54,153 bases of DNA from a bacterium (GTDB lineage Bacteria > Patescibacteriota > Minisyncoccia > Sungbacterales > GWA2-42-14): NCBI GenBank assembly GCA_030649305.1, contig JAUSFV010000005.1:1-54153 (forward strand), in the 5' to 3' direction. Positions 35,699-43,800 of the stretch are shown here, in pieces. Below the pieces are notes generated by a model that worked only from the letters and a program-made list of their open reading frames with translations, was not told the origin of the DNA and did no database searches. Position 1 is the first letter of the stretch. Every line of letters begins with the position of its first letter. The position numbers were made by a program, and so were the translations under genes.

Positions 35699-37132
35699 TT
35701 ATACACGCTTGACCCTTGGTCCTTCGGGGGTATCTTCAACCGTGTATCCGTGTTTTTGTAATTCTTGGCGCATCTTGTCTGCTTCTTCCCATTTTTTATT
35801 TTTGCGATATTGTTCGCGTAACATAGCGAGTTTCAAAATGGGGGCCGGTATTGTTTCGGATTTTACATTTTTAAAACCAAGACCGAGGATCTTGTCAAAA
35901 TCGTAAAGAATATCAAGAATTGTTTTCGGATTGTAGGCTTCGGGATTTTTGTGATATGCACGCACAAGATCCCAAATATTCACGAGCGCTCCCGCCGTAT
36001 CAAGGTCGGAGAAAACGGACATGCGAAATTCTTTTTCAACCACGCTGTGCATGCGCATATCAGATTTTTTTACACCCGAACCCTTTTTTGTTTTTAATTC
36101 TCGGATAAATTCGTAAAGTTTTTCGAGTGAATGGGAAGCCGATTCCAAGCTCTTCCACGTAAAATTAAGTTTTGAGCGATAGTGCGCAGTTAATACAAGA
36201 TAGCGAAACGCAAGGGGATTAAAACCTTTTTGTATGACGGTGTTAAGTGTGATAAAGTTTTTTTCCGACTTCGCCATTTTTGCAGCATCAATGAGTAGAA
36301 ATTCTCCGTGCATCCAGTATTTTGCCAGCGGTTTTTCGAATGCCGCTTCCGATTGTGCGATTTCATTCGTATGGTGGACATTGATGTGGTCAATGCCGCC
36401 GGTGTGGATATCAAACGGTTGCCCCAGATATTTTGTAGAAATCGCCGAGCATTCAATGTGCCATCCCGGAAAGCCCTCACTCCATGGTGATGGCCAGCGC
36501 ATGACATGGTTTTTAAATTTTCCGACTGACTTAAACCACAAAACGAAATCGGCCGGGTGTTTCTTTTCGGGGTCAGTGATGACTTTCTCTCGCGCCCCGA
36601 TAATTTTTTCGTTGAGTTTTTGTCGCGAGAGCCTTGTATACCGTTTAAATTTCGGAACATGGAAATATACCGCTTGCGTGGTTTCGTAGGCATACTTCTT
36701 TTTAAAAAGCTCATGGATGAGAGCGATTTGATTTTCAATAGTGCGGGTGGCAGGCACGAGATTTTTCGCCTTTTTGATATTTAACCGCGCGATATCCGAT
36801 GTAAATGCGTCCGTATAAAATCGGGCGATATCCCACACTGTTTTTCCCTCGTGTGCTGCCTCTTTTTCTAGTTTGTCTTCACCCGTGTCGGCATCAGACG
36901 TAAGGTGGCCAACGTCAGTGATATTCATGACATGGCGAACATCGTACTTGGCGTATTCAAGTGTCCGGCGTAATATGTCTTCAAAGATGTAGGTGCGCAA
37001 ATTTCCGATATGCGCGAAATTATATACGGTGGGACCGCAGGTATATAAACCAACCCGATCCTTGCGGATGGGTTTGAACACTTCTTTTTTTCGGGTAAGA
37101 GTATTGTAGAGCCTAATGGATTCTATAGCCAT
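35699..37132 (-). CDS. cysS: Cysteine--tRNA ligase
   Basis: CGPTVY..AHIGN, NITDVGH, DFVLW, GFPGWHIECS, DIHTGG.DH..HH.NEIAQ and KMAKS motifs. Confidence 0.97.
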   Translation of the reverse strand: MAIESIRLYNTLTRKKEVFKPIRKDRVGLYTCGPTVYNFAHIGNLRTYIFEDILRRTLEYAKYDVRHVMNITDVGHLTSDADTGEDKLEKEAAHEGKTVWDIARFYTDAFTSDIARLNIKKAKNLVPATRTIENQIALIHELFKKKYAYETTQAVYFHVPKFKRYTRLSRQKLNEKIIGAREKVITDPEKKHPADFVLWFKSVGKFKNHVMRWPSPWSEGFPGWHIECSAISTKYLGQPFDIHTGGIDHINVHHTNEIAQSEAAFEKPLAKYWMHGEFLLIDAAKMAKSEKNFITLNTVIQKGFNPLAFRYLVLTAHYRSKLNFTWKSLESASHSLEKLYEFIRELKTKKGSGVKKSDMRMHSVVEKEFRMSVFSDLDTAGALVNIWDLVRAYHKNPEAYNPKTILDILYDFDKILGLGFKNVKSETIPAPILKLAMLREQYRKNKKWEEADKMRQELQKHGYTVEDTPEGPRVKRV

Positions 37133-38034
37133 TTTTTCTTTTTGAAAAACATAAGCATGATAAGAGTGAGTATCGCCATTCCTCCGACAATAATCCAGAA
37201 GTCATATTTCATTCCGACAATCGGCGTCCAGAGCGTGGTCATGCCGAAAATAACCGCGATGAGCGAAAGCGGAAACGTAATGAATGCCATGACGGTAAGA
37301 TTTTTCATGATTTCGTTTTGGTGCATATTGAGGAGGGATTGATGTGTGTCATATAGCGCTTCCAGCGTTTCCCGATGGTTTTCAAGAAGGTCCCATACTT
37401 TGAGGTATTCGCCCTTCAGTTCGTCAAAAAACGGCTTTATATTTTTTCCGAAAAGTTCTCCGGATTCTTCCGCAAGCGAGTTAATAGTAATGTGTTGGGG
37501 TTTTAAGGTTCTCCGGAAATTAAGCACATCGCGCCGGAATACGAGAATTTCATGGATGATTTCTCTTTCTTTGCCCCCGAAAATATGTTCTTCGAGCTGG
37601 GTGATGTTTGTTTGAATATGGTCAAGCTCCCGCATGGAAAAATGCAGAAGTTCCCGGATAAGATAGTAGAGAAGATGTGCCGGCGTTTTGCTTGAATATA
37701 ATTCTTTGCAGTGGTCATCCAGCGAACACTTTTTGAAGAAGTCAGAAAGGGGAGGAATGTCTTCATACGTTACCGTGATGAGTTCTTGCGGGGTGACGAT
37801 GCAATCAATTTCGCGGGAGGTGGTATTTCGTGTTTTCTCGTCGAAAATAGGGAAGTGGAGTACGAGGTAGAGATAGTGGTCGTAGCGGTCAACCTTGGGG
37901 CGGAGAGTCGGTTTCATGAGCTCTCCTAAAATAAGGTCGTGAAAATTGAATTTTTCGCGCAAAAAATCAAAATCCGCCTTCACGGGATTTTGAAAGTGAT
38001 GCCAGGTGAGGGTTTCGGTTTTGAGTGTCTCCAT
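37123..38034 (-). CDS. corA: CorA-family divalent cation transporter (signature GMT instead of GMN)
   Basis: RPKVD, YLVLHFP, two C-terminal TMs, TFPLS..FGMT; start set at ATG 38034. Confidence 0.88.
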   Translation of the reverse strand: METLKTETLTWHHFQNPVKADFDFLREKFNFHDLILGELMKPTLRPKVDRYDHYLYLVLHFPIFDEKTRNTTSREIDCIVTPQELITVTYEDIPPLSDFFKKCSLDDHCKELYSSKTPAHLLYYLIRELLHFSMRELDHIQTNITQLEEHIFGGKEREIIHEILVFRRDVLNFRRTLKPQHITINSLAEESGELFGKNIKPFFDELKGEYLKVWDLLENHRETLEALYDTHQSLLNMHQNEIMKNLTVMAFITFPLSLIAVIFGMTTLWTPIVGMKYDFWIIVGGMAILTLIMLMFFKKKKWL

Positions 38035-38136
38035 GTTTGTAGAAGCCACACGGACGCCATACACGTATACGCCACCATTACGCCAATGGCGTTTATCATA
38101 GCGTAGCAGTTAGCGTCTATATAGCTTCTACAAACA
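38034..38136. repeat. 103-bp element with 13-bp perfect terminal inverted repeats in the corA 5' UTR
   Basis: tgtttgtagaagc ... gcttctacaaaca; interior of acgcca/tggcgt units. Confidence 0.8.
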
Positions 38137-38249
38137 ATTATACGATAAATGGCTGGCAAGACGAATACTTGACAAGTTGTTTAGATGATGCTAATAGTGA
38201 AGAGCGTTCTTCGAAAATATTCAAAACTAAAGAAAAGGGGAGAAAGGAA

Positions 38250-38588
38250 ATGAGGGTTTACCGCGAACCCGAGTTTGAATCGGAGGCATTTTTTAATCAT
38301 CCGACAGAGCTTTTGAGAAAACTTGAAAAACGGATAGGGCTTTCCGAAGGCGAACTTGAACTCCAAGCGGCAGAGTCTTATATATCGCTATCGGCCGTTC
38401 AGACATATACCGACTCATTTATTATTTATCTGAGGTCGCGCGGGATCCCGAAGGGATATGTTTTGCAAAGAAAAAATAAAGTCGCGCAGAGGCCATTTCC
38501 AACCGTGGAAGAAGAATCAAAAAGACGAGCGGTGGATGAGTATGAATCGCCGTCGCGTTTCTGCGGGTACGCTCAAATTCGGGTATAG
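38250..38588 (+). CDS. Hypothetical protein
   Basis: Purine-rich SD before ATG 38250; open frame. Confidence 0.55.
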   Translation: MRVYREPEFESEAFFNHPTELLRKLEKRIGLSEGELELQAAESYISLSAVQTYTDSFIIYLRSRGIPKGYVLQRKNKVAQRPFPTVEEESKRRAVDEYESPSRFCGYAQIRV

Positions 38589-38599
38589 AGGAGGAAACA

Positions 38600-38824
38600 A
38601 TGATAAAGGCGGATTGGCAAATCAAGGAAGAATTAGAAAAAGATCCGGAATTTTGCAAGATATGGGATGAATATGTAAGACGCTCTGATGAACTTGCAAA
38701 GATTTCGCGTGAGTTTCGTCCCGATCCGGTCAAGCGTATGAAACTTGAAGATCGTAAACGTAAAGCAAAAGATCAGATCGATGCTATGATTCGTGAGTAT
38801 CGCAAAGACCATCCGGAGACATAA
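38600..38824 (+). CDS. Small helical hypothetical protein
   Basis: GAGGAGG SD; charged helical composition. Confidence 0.65.
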   Translation: MIKADWQIKEELEKDPEFCKIWDEYVRRSDELAKISREFRPDPVKRMKLEDRKRKAKDQIDAMIREYRKDHPET

Positions 38825-38844
38825 AAAAGAAAGGGGGAGAAAAG

Positions 38845-39069
38845 ATGAAACGAATGCGAAGTTTAGTCTTTAAGATTTTGGGCGTTTCAGATAGCGGTGA
38901 ATTCCTATTGTCTATGATATTTTGGGGTCCGATACTGAGTTTGCTATTACTTGTCTTTGTTTTTAGTTATTTAGACAAACAAATAGCAGAACAGCGGTCA
39001 AAAGCGGCACCGGGGTGTTACGGCCCTCCGCCAGCTAGATTGAATTTGTGCAGTACGGCTCCGCGTTAA
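38845..39069 (+). CDS. Small single-TM hypothetical protein
   Basis: AGGGGG SD-like sequence; one TM helix. Confidence 0.55.
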   Translation: MKRMRSLVFKILGVSDSGEFLLSMIFWGPILSLLLLVFVFSYLDKQIAEQRSKAAPGCYGPPPARLNLCSTAPR

Positions 39070-39182
39070 GTTTACGGCTTCATTCATGAAGCCGTTTTTT
39101 TTATTTAAAATTACCCGAACGGGCAAATACGGACTTGATTTCTTTCGTTTTTTCGGGTTTAATAGGAGTATTCTTGTTGTGT

Positions 39183-39326
39183 GGCCCCATTTTGTAACTG
39201 TGGTTACGCTGTAGACAAAATCGGAGCTAGTAGTTAGGACATGTGGTTCTTTCACCCACCCAAATTTTTATGGCCTCATCGTCTAGTGGTCAGGACGTAT
39301 GGTTCTTTCACCCTCCCACCTTTTAT
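39183..39326 (+). pseudogene. Two degenerate tandem copies of the tRNA-Glu 5' half
   Basis: Unit B (39272-39307) is 29/36 identical to the tRNA 5' half; unit A is more decayed and interrupted by a 30-bp hairpin insert (39191-39220). Confidence 0.75.
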
Positions 39327-39398
39327 GCCCCTGTCGTCTAGTGGTTAGGACGCATGGTTCTCATCCATGCAACCGGAGTTCGATTCTCCGCAGGGGCG
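39327..39398 (+). tRNA. tRNA-Glu (CTC)
   Basis: Acceptor gcccctg/caggggc; anticodon arm catgg-ttCTCat-ccatg; T arm cggag-ttcgatt-ctccg; CCA not encoded. Confidence 0.95.
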
Positions 39399-39439
39399 TA
39401 GGAAAAGGTGGGCGGGCAAGTCTATAAAACCGGGGCACG

Positions 39440-39538
39440 CCCCCACACTCATATTTTTTTCGGAATCAAAACCCCATTTCCATTTATTAATAAATTTTGG
39501 ATTCTATCAATCCAATGACAAAAGAATGAGTGTGGGGG
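39440..39538. repeat. 99-bp element with 13-bp perfect inverted ends
   Basis: cccccacactcat ... atgagtgtggggg with AT-rich interior. Confidence 0.75.
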
Positions 39539-39566
39539 TGAAATTCCCCGTGAGGCCATTTTTTTT

Positions 39567-40928
39567 ATGTCTCTCAAATCATTTCTTAAAAAATTATTTC
39601 CCGAATCGTGGTTTGGGTTCTATCACTGGTGCATGGCGTGGTGCGCCGCTTTTTATTTTGGATTCCCCTCACGGCGTATGACGGTCGTCGGGGTTACCGG
39701 CACCAAGGGCAAAACCTCAACCGCGGATTTTATCTGGTCTGTACTGACTGCGGGGGGATATAAAACGGGCTTGGTGAGCACGGCGCATTTCAGAATCGGA
39801 GAAAAAGAATTTTTAAATCCGTATCATATGACGATGCCGGGGCGTTTTAAGCTTCAGAGATTTTTGCGAACAATGCAGAAGGCCGGATGCACGCATTGCG
39901 TGATTGAAACAACGTCGGAAGGTATCAAGCAATTCCGGCACAAGGGGATTGCGTATGACGTTGCTGTCTTTACCAACCTATCACCTGAACATTTGCAGTC
40001 GCATGGAGGAAGTTTTGAGCAATACAAAAAAGAAAAAGGGAAATTATTCGCATTACTTGCATCATCTCCGCAAAAAACCATCTGCGGTGCCGCAACTCCG
40101 ATTCCAAAAACAACATTCCAACATTCTGCAGAATGTTGGAATGTTCCGAAAGCGATTATCGTAAATTACGACGACCAAGCGCGAGATTATTTTTTACATT
40201 TTCCCGCGGATGTTAAAAAAACATTCGGTTTGGGAGACGGCGCGAATATTCGTGCGGAACAGATTCGCGATACGGACGATGGCGTTCTGTTTAGTGTGGG
40301 CGGCAGAGAATACGCCTTGCATATTCTTGGACGTCTCAATGCGCAAAACGCGCTTCCTGCGCTGGCACTCGGTGAAATTTTTGGTATTTCGTACGAAGCT
40401 ATGCAAAAAGGGCTTGCGGGGCTTCATGTGATTCCGGGACGAATGGAAGAAATCAAAGAGGGGCAGAATTTTCGCGTGTTTGTGGATTACGCGCATGAGG
40501 GAAAAAGCATGACGGCGTTGTTGGAAGCCGCGCGGGGTATTGTTGCGAAAACCGGAGGCCGCGTTATTGTGCTTCTTGGCGCGGAGGGCGGAGGGCGCGA
40601 TACGGCAAAGCGCCCTACCATGGGTCGGCTTGCGGGTGAGCGCGCCGATTATGTGGTGGTTAGTAATGTTGACCCATATGAAGATGATCCGAAAGAAATT
40701 TGTGAGGATATCGCGCGCGCCGCCGAAACAGCCGGAAAACGACGAGGAGAGAATCTTTTTGTGATTGAAGACCGGCGTGAAGGAATTCGAAAGGTGCTAT
40801 CGCTTGCGCGCTCAGGAGATGCGGTGTTTATCACAGGTAAGGGCGCCGAACAATCAATGGTGATTAAGGGTAAAAACATTCCGTGGGATGATAGGGTTGT
40901 GGTGCGAGAGGAACTTGCTCGTTTTTAG
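39567..40928 (+). CDS. murE: UDP-N-acetylmuramyl-tripeptide synthetase (MurE-type Mur ligase)
   Basis: GVTGTKGKTST, IETTSEG, FTNLSPEHL..H, PGRME, VDYAHE, GGGRD..KR, EDP and GKGAE motifs. Confidence 0.9.
   Translation: MSLKSFLKKLFPESWFGFYHWCMAWCAAFYFGFPSRRMTVVGVTGTKGKTSTADFIWSVLTAGGYKTGLVSTAHFRIGEKEFLNPYHMTMPGRFKLQRFLRTMQKAGCTHCVIETTSEGIKQFRHKGIAYDVAVFTNLSPEHLQSHGGSFEQYKKEKGKLFALLASSPQKTICGAATPIPKTTFQHSAECWNVPKAIIVNYDDQARDYFLHFPADVKKTFGLGDGANIRAEQIRDTDDGVLFSVGGREYALHILGRLNAQNALPALALGEIFGISYEAMQKGLAGLHVIPGRMEEIKEGQNFRVFVDYAHEGKSMTALLEAARGIVAKTGGRVIVLLGAEGGGRDTAKRPTMGRLAGERADYVVVSNVDPYEDDPKEICEDIARAAETAGKRRGENLFVIEDRREGIRKVLSLARSGDAVFITGKGAEQSMVIKGKNIPWDDRVVVREELARF
40112..40145. repeat. 34-bp perfect palindrome in frame in murE
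   Basis: aacattccaacattctg|cagaatgttggaatgtt; encodes TFQHSAECWNV. Confidence 0.95.
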
Positions 40929-40977
40929 GCTAATTTTTGTTATTTTTCTATAGAGGCTTAGCCTTTATAGAAAATGC

Positions 40978-41006
40978 TTGCAATTTTGCTAAAAAAATTT
41001 TATAAT
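40978..41006 (+). promoter_or_regulatory. Sigma70-type promoter for raiA
   Basis: TTGCAA-17 bp-TATAAT ending 6 nt before the ATG. Confidence 0.55.
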
Positions 41007-41012
41007 ACAAAA

Positions 41013-41423
41013 ATGAAATACACTATTAAAACAATCCATCTTCCGGTGTCCATAACGCTCACAAAAGACGTGGAGCGAAAAATTGTATCACCTCTGAAAA
41101 AAATCCTTGGCTCAAATACGGAAGCGATATCGCTCATGGTTGAACTTCTGCGCGAGTCGCGCCACCACCGCAAGGGCTCTATTTGGACCGCGCGCCTAAA
41201 TCTTAGCATCGGCAAAAACATGATTCGCATAGAGCAGAGCGGGGAGGATATTCACGAAGCAGTTGATTTGTGCGCGGCTCAGGCGCGAGAAGACGTTAAA
41301 AAGTTTAAGGAGCGTTCGCAATCTCGTGCTATGCGCGGAGCGCGGAAAGCCGTGAAAGACATGAAATACAACAAATCGGCGCGGACATACCGCACAGGAA
41401 GAATTTTGAATGAGGGCAATTAG
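41013..41423 (+). CDS. raiA: Ribosome hibernation factor (HPF/RaiA family)
   Basis: HHRKG, EQSGEDIHEAVD motif; position upstream of secA. Confidence 0.8.
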   Translation: MKYTIKTIHLPVSITLTKDVERKIVSPLKKILGSNTEAISLMVELLRESRHHRKGSIWTARLNLSIGKNMIRIEQSGEDIHEAVDLCAAQAREDVKKFKERSQSRAMRGARKAVKDMKYNKSARTYRTGRILNEGN

Positions 41424-41439
41424 AGCCAGTCGCAAACCC

Positions 41440-41467
41440 TTGCCAAGATTTTTAAAATGTGTATAAT
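41440..41467 (+). promoter_or_regulatory. Sigma70-type promoter for speD
   Basis: TTGCCA-16 bp-TATAAT with TG extension. Confidence 0.55.
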
Positions 41468-41512
41468 ACTTCTTTAGTACCCTTTTGATGTCATCAAAAA
41501 CGGAGGTTTTCT

Positions 41513-41878
41513 ATGATGAAGAAAAAGAGTCTTCATATTTTAGCTGACTTTCGGCATTGTCGCGGTAAACAAGAGTATTTTACTTCAGCCCGTCTTGTAC
41601 GCTCAAAGATCCTTCAGGTTGTGCGGGAAGCAGGCTTTACCATTGTAGCAAGCCGCTTTCATCGCTTTGGCGACGGCGGCATTACGGGTATTATCATTGT
41701 TTCCGAATCCCATATCACTATTCATACGTGGCCCGAGAAACTTTTGGTGAATGTGGACGTTTTTTTCTGCAATTATTCCGCAGATAATTCAAAAAAGGGC
41801 AGAAACGTATTTCAATATTTGCGGGGTTTGTATAAACCCGCAAGAAAAGTTAAGCCTCTTGAAGTGTGGCGTGCGTAA
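41513..41878 (+). CDS. speD: S-adenosylmethionine decarboxylase proenzyme
   Basis: HRF..GGITG..IVSESHITIHTWPE (self-cleavage ES|H), VDVFFC. Confidence 0.92.
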   Translation: MMKKKSLHILADFRHCRGKQEYFTSARLVRSKILQVVREAGFTIVASRFHRFGDGGITGIIIVSESHITIHTWPEKLLVNVDVFFCNYSADNSKKGRNVFQYLRGLYKPARKVKPLEVWRA

Positions 41879-41910
41879 GAAAAATACCCCGATTGGGGTA
41901 TTTCATTTTT

Positions 41911-42867
41911 CTATCGCGACCGAAGAGCGCGTTCGTAAATTTTTTCCACTACCGGAGGGAGCGCGAAAAGCGCTTTGTGCATCTCCGGAGAATAAAACCG
42001 GAACGAACCCTCAAGGTAATCAAATTTTTGCAAGGCCCAAGGTGGAAGATGCGAGGCGTCAAACCAAGAAGGAGGATCCGTTGTCGCTATGCAGAAAGAG
42101 CGTTCCTCACGGAATGACGGCACGTATGTCTGGTAGGCCGCAGTGCGATGCGTTTTGAATACCGAATTTATAAGTTTCCAGATAAGAAGGCGTCCGGGGT
42201 TTTGCCATACTTCTGATATTTCCGCTCCTTGCGCGACCACTATGCCGCCGGGGGCAAGCCGCGCGCGAATGAGATTAAAGTAATTTTTTGAATAGAGCGG
42301 AAGGGATACTTCGTCAGTCGGATCAGTAATATCAGAAAATATCACGTCAAACCGTTCATCAGTTGATTTGAGAAACGCGAATGCGTCTCCCGCCGAGACA
42401 TGCGCTCGGGGGTCATGATGTGATTCCGCCCAAAGAAAGGTCATTCTTTCCTGGGTGACTTTGATCACTTCTTCATCAATATCCACGAGCGTTGCTTTTT
42501 CTACGGATGGGTGTTTGAGAACTTCACGGAGGGTTGCGCCATCTCCGCCGCCGCAGATAAGGATATTTTTTGGTTTCATATGGAGAATCATGGCGGGATG
42601 CACAAACGCTTCGTGGTAGCGCGCTTCATCTTTTTCGGCGCATTGGATGGTCCCGTCAATCGCGAGCGCCCGCCCAAAGCGTATTGTATTAAAAATTTGG
42701 ACGGTCTGATACTGGCTTTTAATCGTATAAACCTTTTCTATCGGTCCCTCAATTTCGTAAAGACATGGGTCGTATCCGACGGTATCAATAAAATAGAGCG
42801 TATCCGATTTTTCATCCTGCCAAACATAAGGTGTCGGGAGCGCTCGCGGGTCATCAAAAGGGAACAT
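41911..42867 (-). CDS. speE: Spermidine synthase / polyamine aminopropyltransferase
   Basis: SQYQ.V, LAIDGTIQ..E.DE..YHE..VHP, GGGDGATLREVLKH, VDIDEEVI and DITDP motifs. Confidence 0.92.
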   Translation of the reverse strand: MFPFDDPRALPTPYVWQDEKSDTLYFIDTVGYDPCLYEIEGPIEKVYTIKSQYQTVQIFNTIRFGRALAIDGTIQCAEKDEARYHEAFVHPAMILHMKPKNILICGGGDGATLREVLKHPSVEKATLVDIDEEVIKVTQERMTFLWAESHHDPRAHVSAGDAFAFLKSTDERFDVIFSDITDPTDEVSLPLYSKNYFNLIRARLAPGGIVVAQGAEISEVWQNPGRLLIWKLINSVFKTHRTAAYQTYVPSFREERSFCIATTDPPSWFDASHLPPWALQKFDYLEGSFRFYSPEMHKALFALPPVVEKIYERALRSR

Positions 42868-42935
42868 GTGCTTCTCCGGCTGGTCTTGTGAACGAACTTT
42901 CTTTTTCTTGCTGTTTATAGTATTATATTATAGTC

Positions 42936-42978
42936 ATTATGTCAATACTCTCTTCCGTTTGTGGCGATTCGAAAGCGC
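42936..42978 (+). pseudogene. Decayed duplicate of the secA 5' end
   Basis: 40/43 identical to 43798-43840; reads MSILSSVCGDSKA versus SecA MSILSSIFGDSNA. Confidence 0.85.
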
Positions 42979-43044
42979 ATGAGGATGGTTTAGAAAGCAG
43001 TTGCGGGGATTTTTGATAGATAAAAAGACCGATGTTTTTTCGGT

Positions 43045-43746
43045 CTATATCTTGTTTACGGTGATGATGCGGTCTAATTCCCCCGCATAATTTTTAAGAA
43101 TATCTTCCGCAAGTATATCGGTCATGAGTTCCCGTGTTTCTGCGAACACGAAAGCGGAAAATATCGGGAAAAGCAGACAATAGAGGGGAAGCATAACAAG
43201 CATTCCTGTAAGCACGAGGAGATTGAATGGGGTTGGCGCTGTAATGGCGCGAAGTACTGCGGAGGTAATGCCGGGCGCTACCACGGCAGCGAGAATTATT
43301 TGAATCAATACCGTGTTTTTTATGGCCAACTCAATCATGTGTACCATGGCGTTATGGGTTTTTGCGGGAACGGAGGTTATGATATGATGAGTTGCGTATG
43401 CGTGTCCAAGCTCATGCGCAACGGTGTGGACGAGTCTATTCTTTAATTTTTTTATGTCTTCGTAGTATTCTTTCGGATAGAAACCCGCAAAAATAAGAAC
43501 AGTATGTTTTTCGGGGATATATTCTCCCACTCTTGCGAAAATGCCGTTTGTATTAACACCAATGAGGGGGGAGACGATTTTCATAACTCTTTTTTGCATT
43601 TCTTTCTTTTTGAATGAAGGATCCGGAGTTTCCTGAAAAATAATCGCGGGGGGTTCTTTTTTTCCACACGCAATAGAATTCCAAAAATTTTTCCACCCCG
43701 CTTCGTTGATTTCTATTTCATAGCCATTAACTGATATTCGCGGCAT
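43045..43746 (-). CDS. Membrane zinc metalloprotease-like protein (HEXXH; M48-like)
   Basis: HTVAHELGH, two TM helices, downstream E..E..D motif; GAGGAG SD before ATG 43746. Confidence 0.65.
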   Translation of the reverse strand: MPRISVNGYEIEINEAGWKNFWNSIACGKKEPPAIIFQETPDPSFKKKEMQKRVMKIVSPLIGVNTNGIFARVGEYIPEKHTVLIFAGFYPKEYYEDIKKLKNRLVHTVAHELGHAYATHHIITSVPAKTHNAMVHMIELAIKNTVLIQIILAAVVAPGITSAVLRAITAPTPFNLLVLTGMLVMLPLYCLLFPIFSAFVFAETRELMTDILAEDILKNYAGELDRIITVNKI

Positions 43747-43800
43747 GTCGTCTCCTCGGGTTGGCAATGAGCTTCTTCTTGTATAGCATTTGATATTATT

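Noticed and set aside
394-38824. Homology between the 23S-5S spacer ORF and ORF 38600-38824 (shared E.DPE)
   Set aside because: Only four or five residues in low-complexity charged helices; not distinguishable from chance.
39183-39326. Split (trans-spliced) tRNA halves as in Nanoarchaeum, or a CRISPR mini-array
   Set aside because: The unit B acceptor strand (ggcctca) cannot pair with the intact gene's 3' strand, no separate 3' half or complementary leader is visible, and bacteria lack the archaeal splicing endonuclease. The units are tRNA-derived, with no unique spacers and no cas genes.
39534-39549. FMN riboswitch (GGGGTGAAATTCCCC resembles its P2 hairpin)
   Set aside because: The rest of the RFN consensus is absent, murE starts 18 nt later, and murE is not a riboflavin gene.
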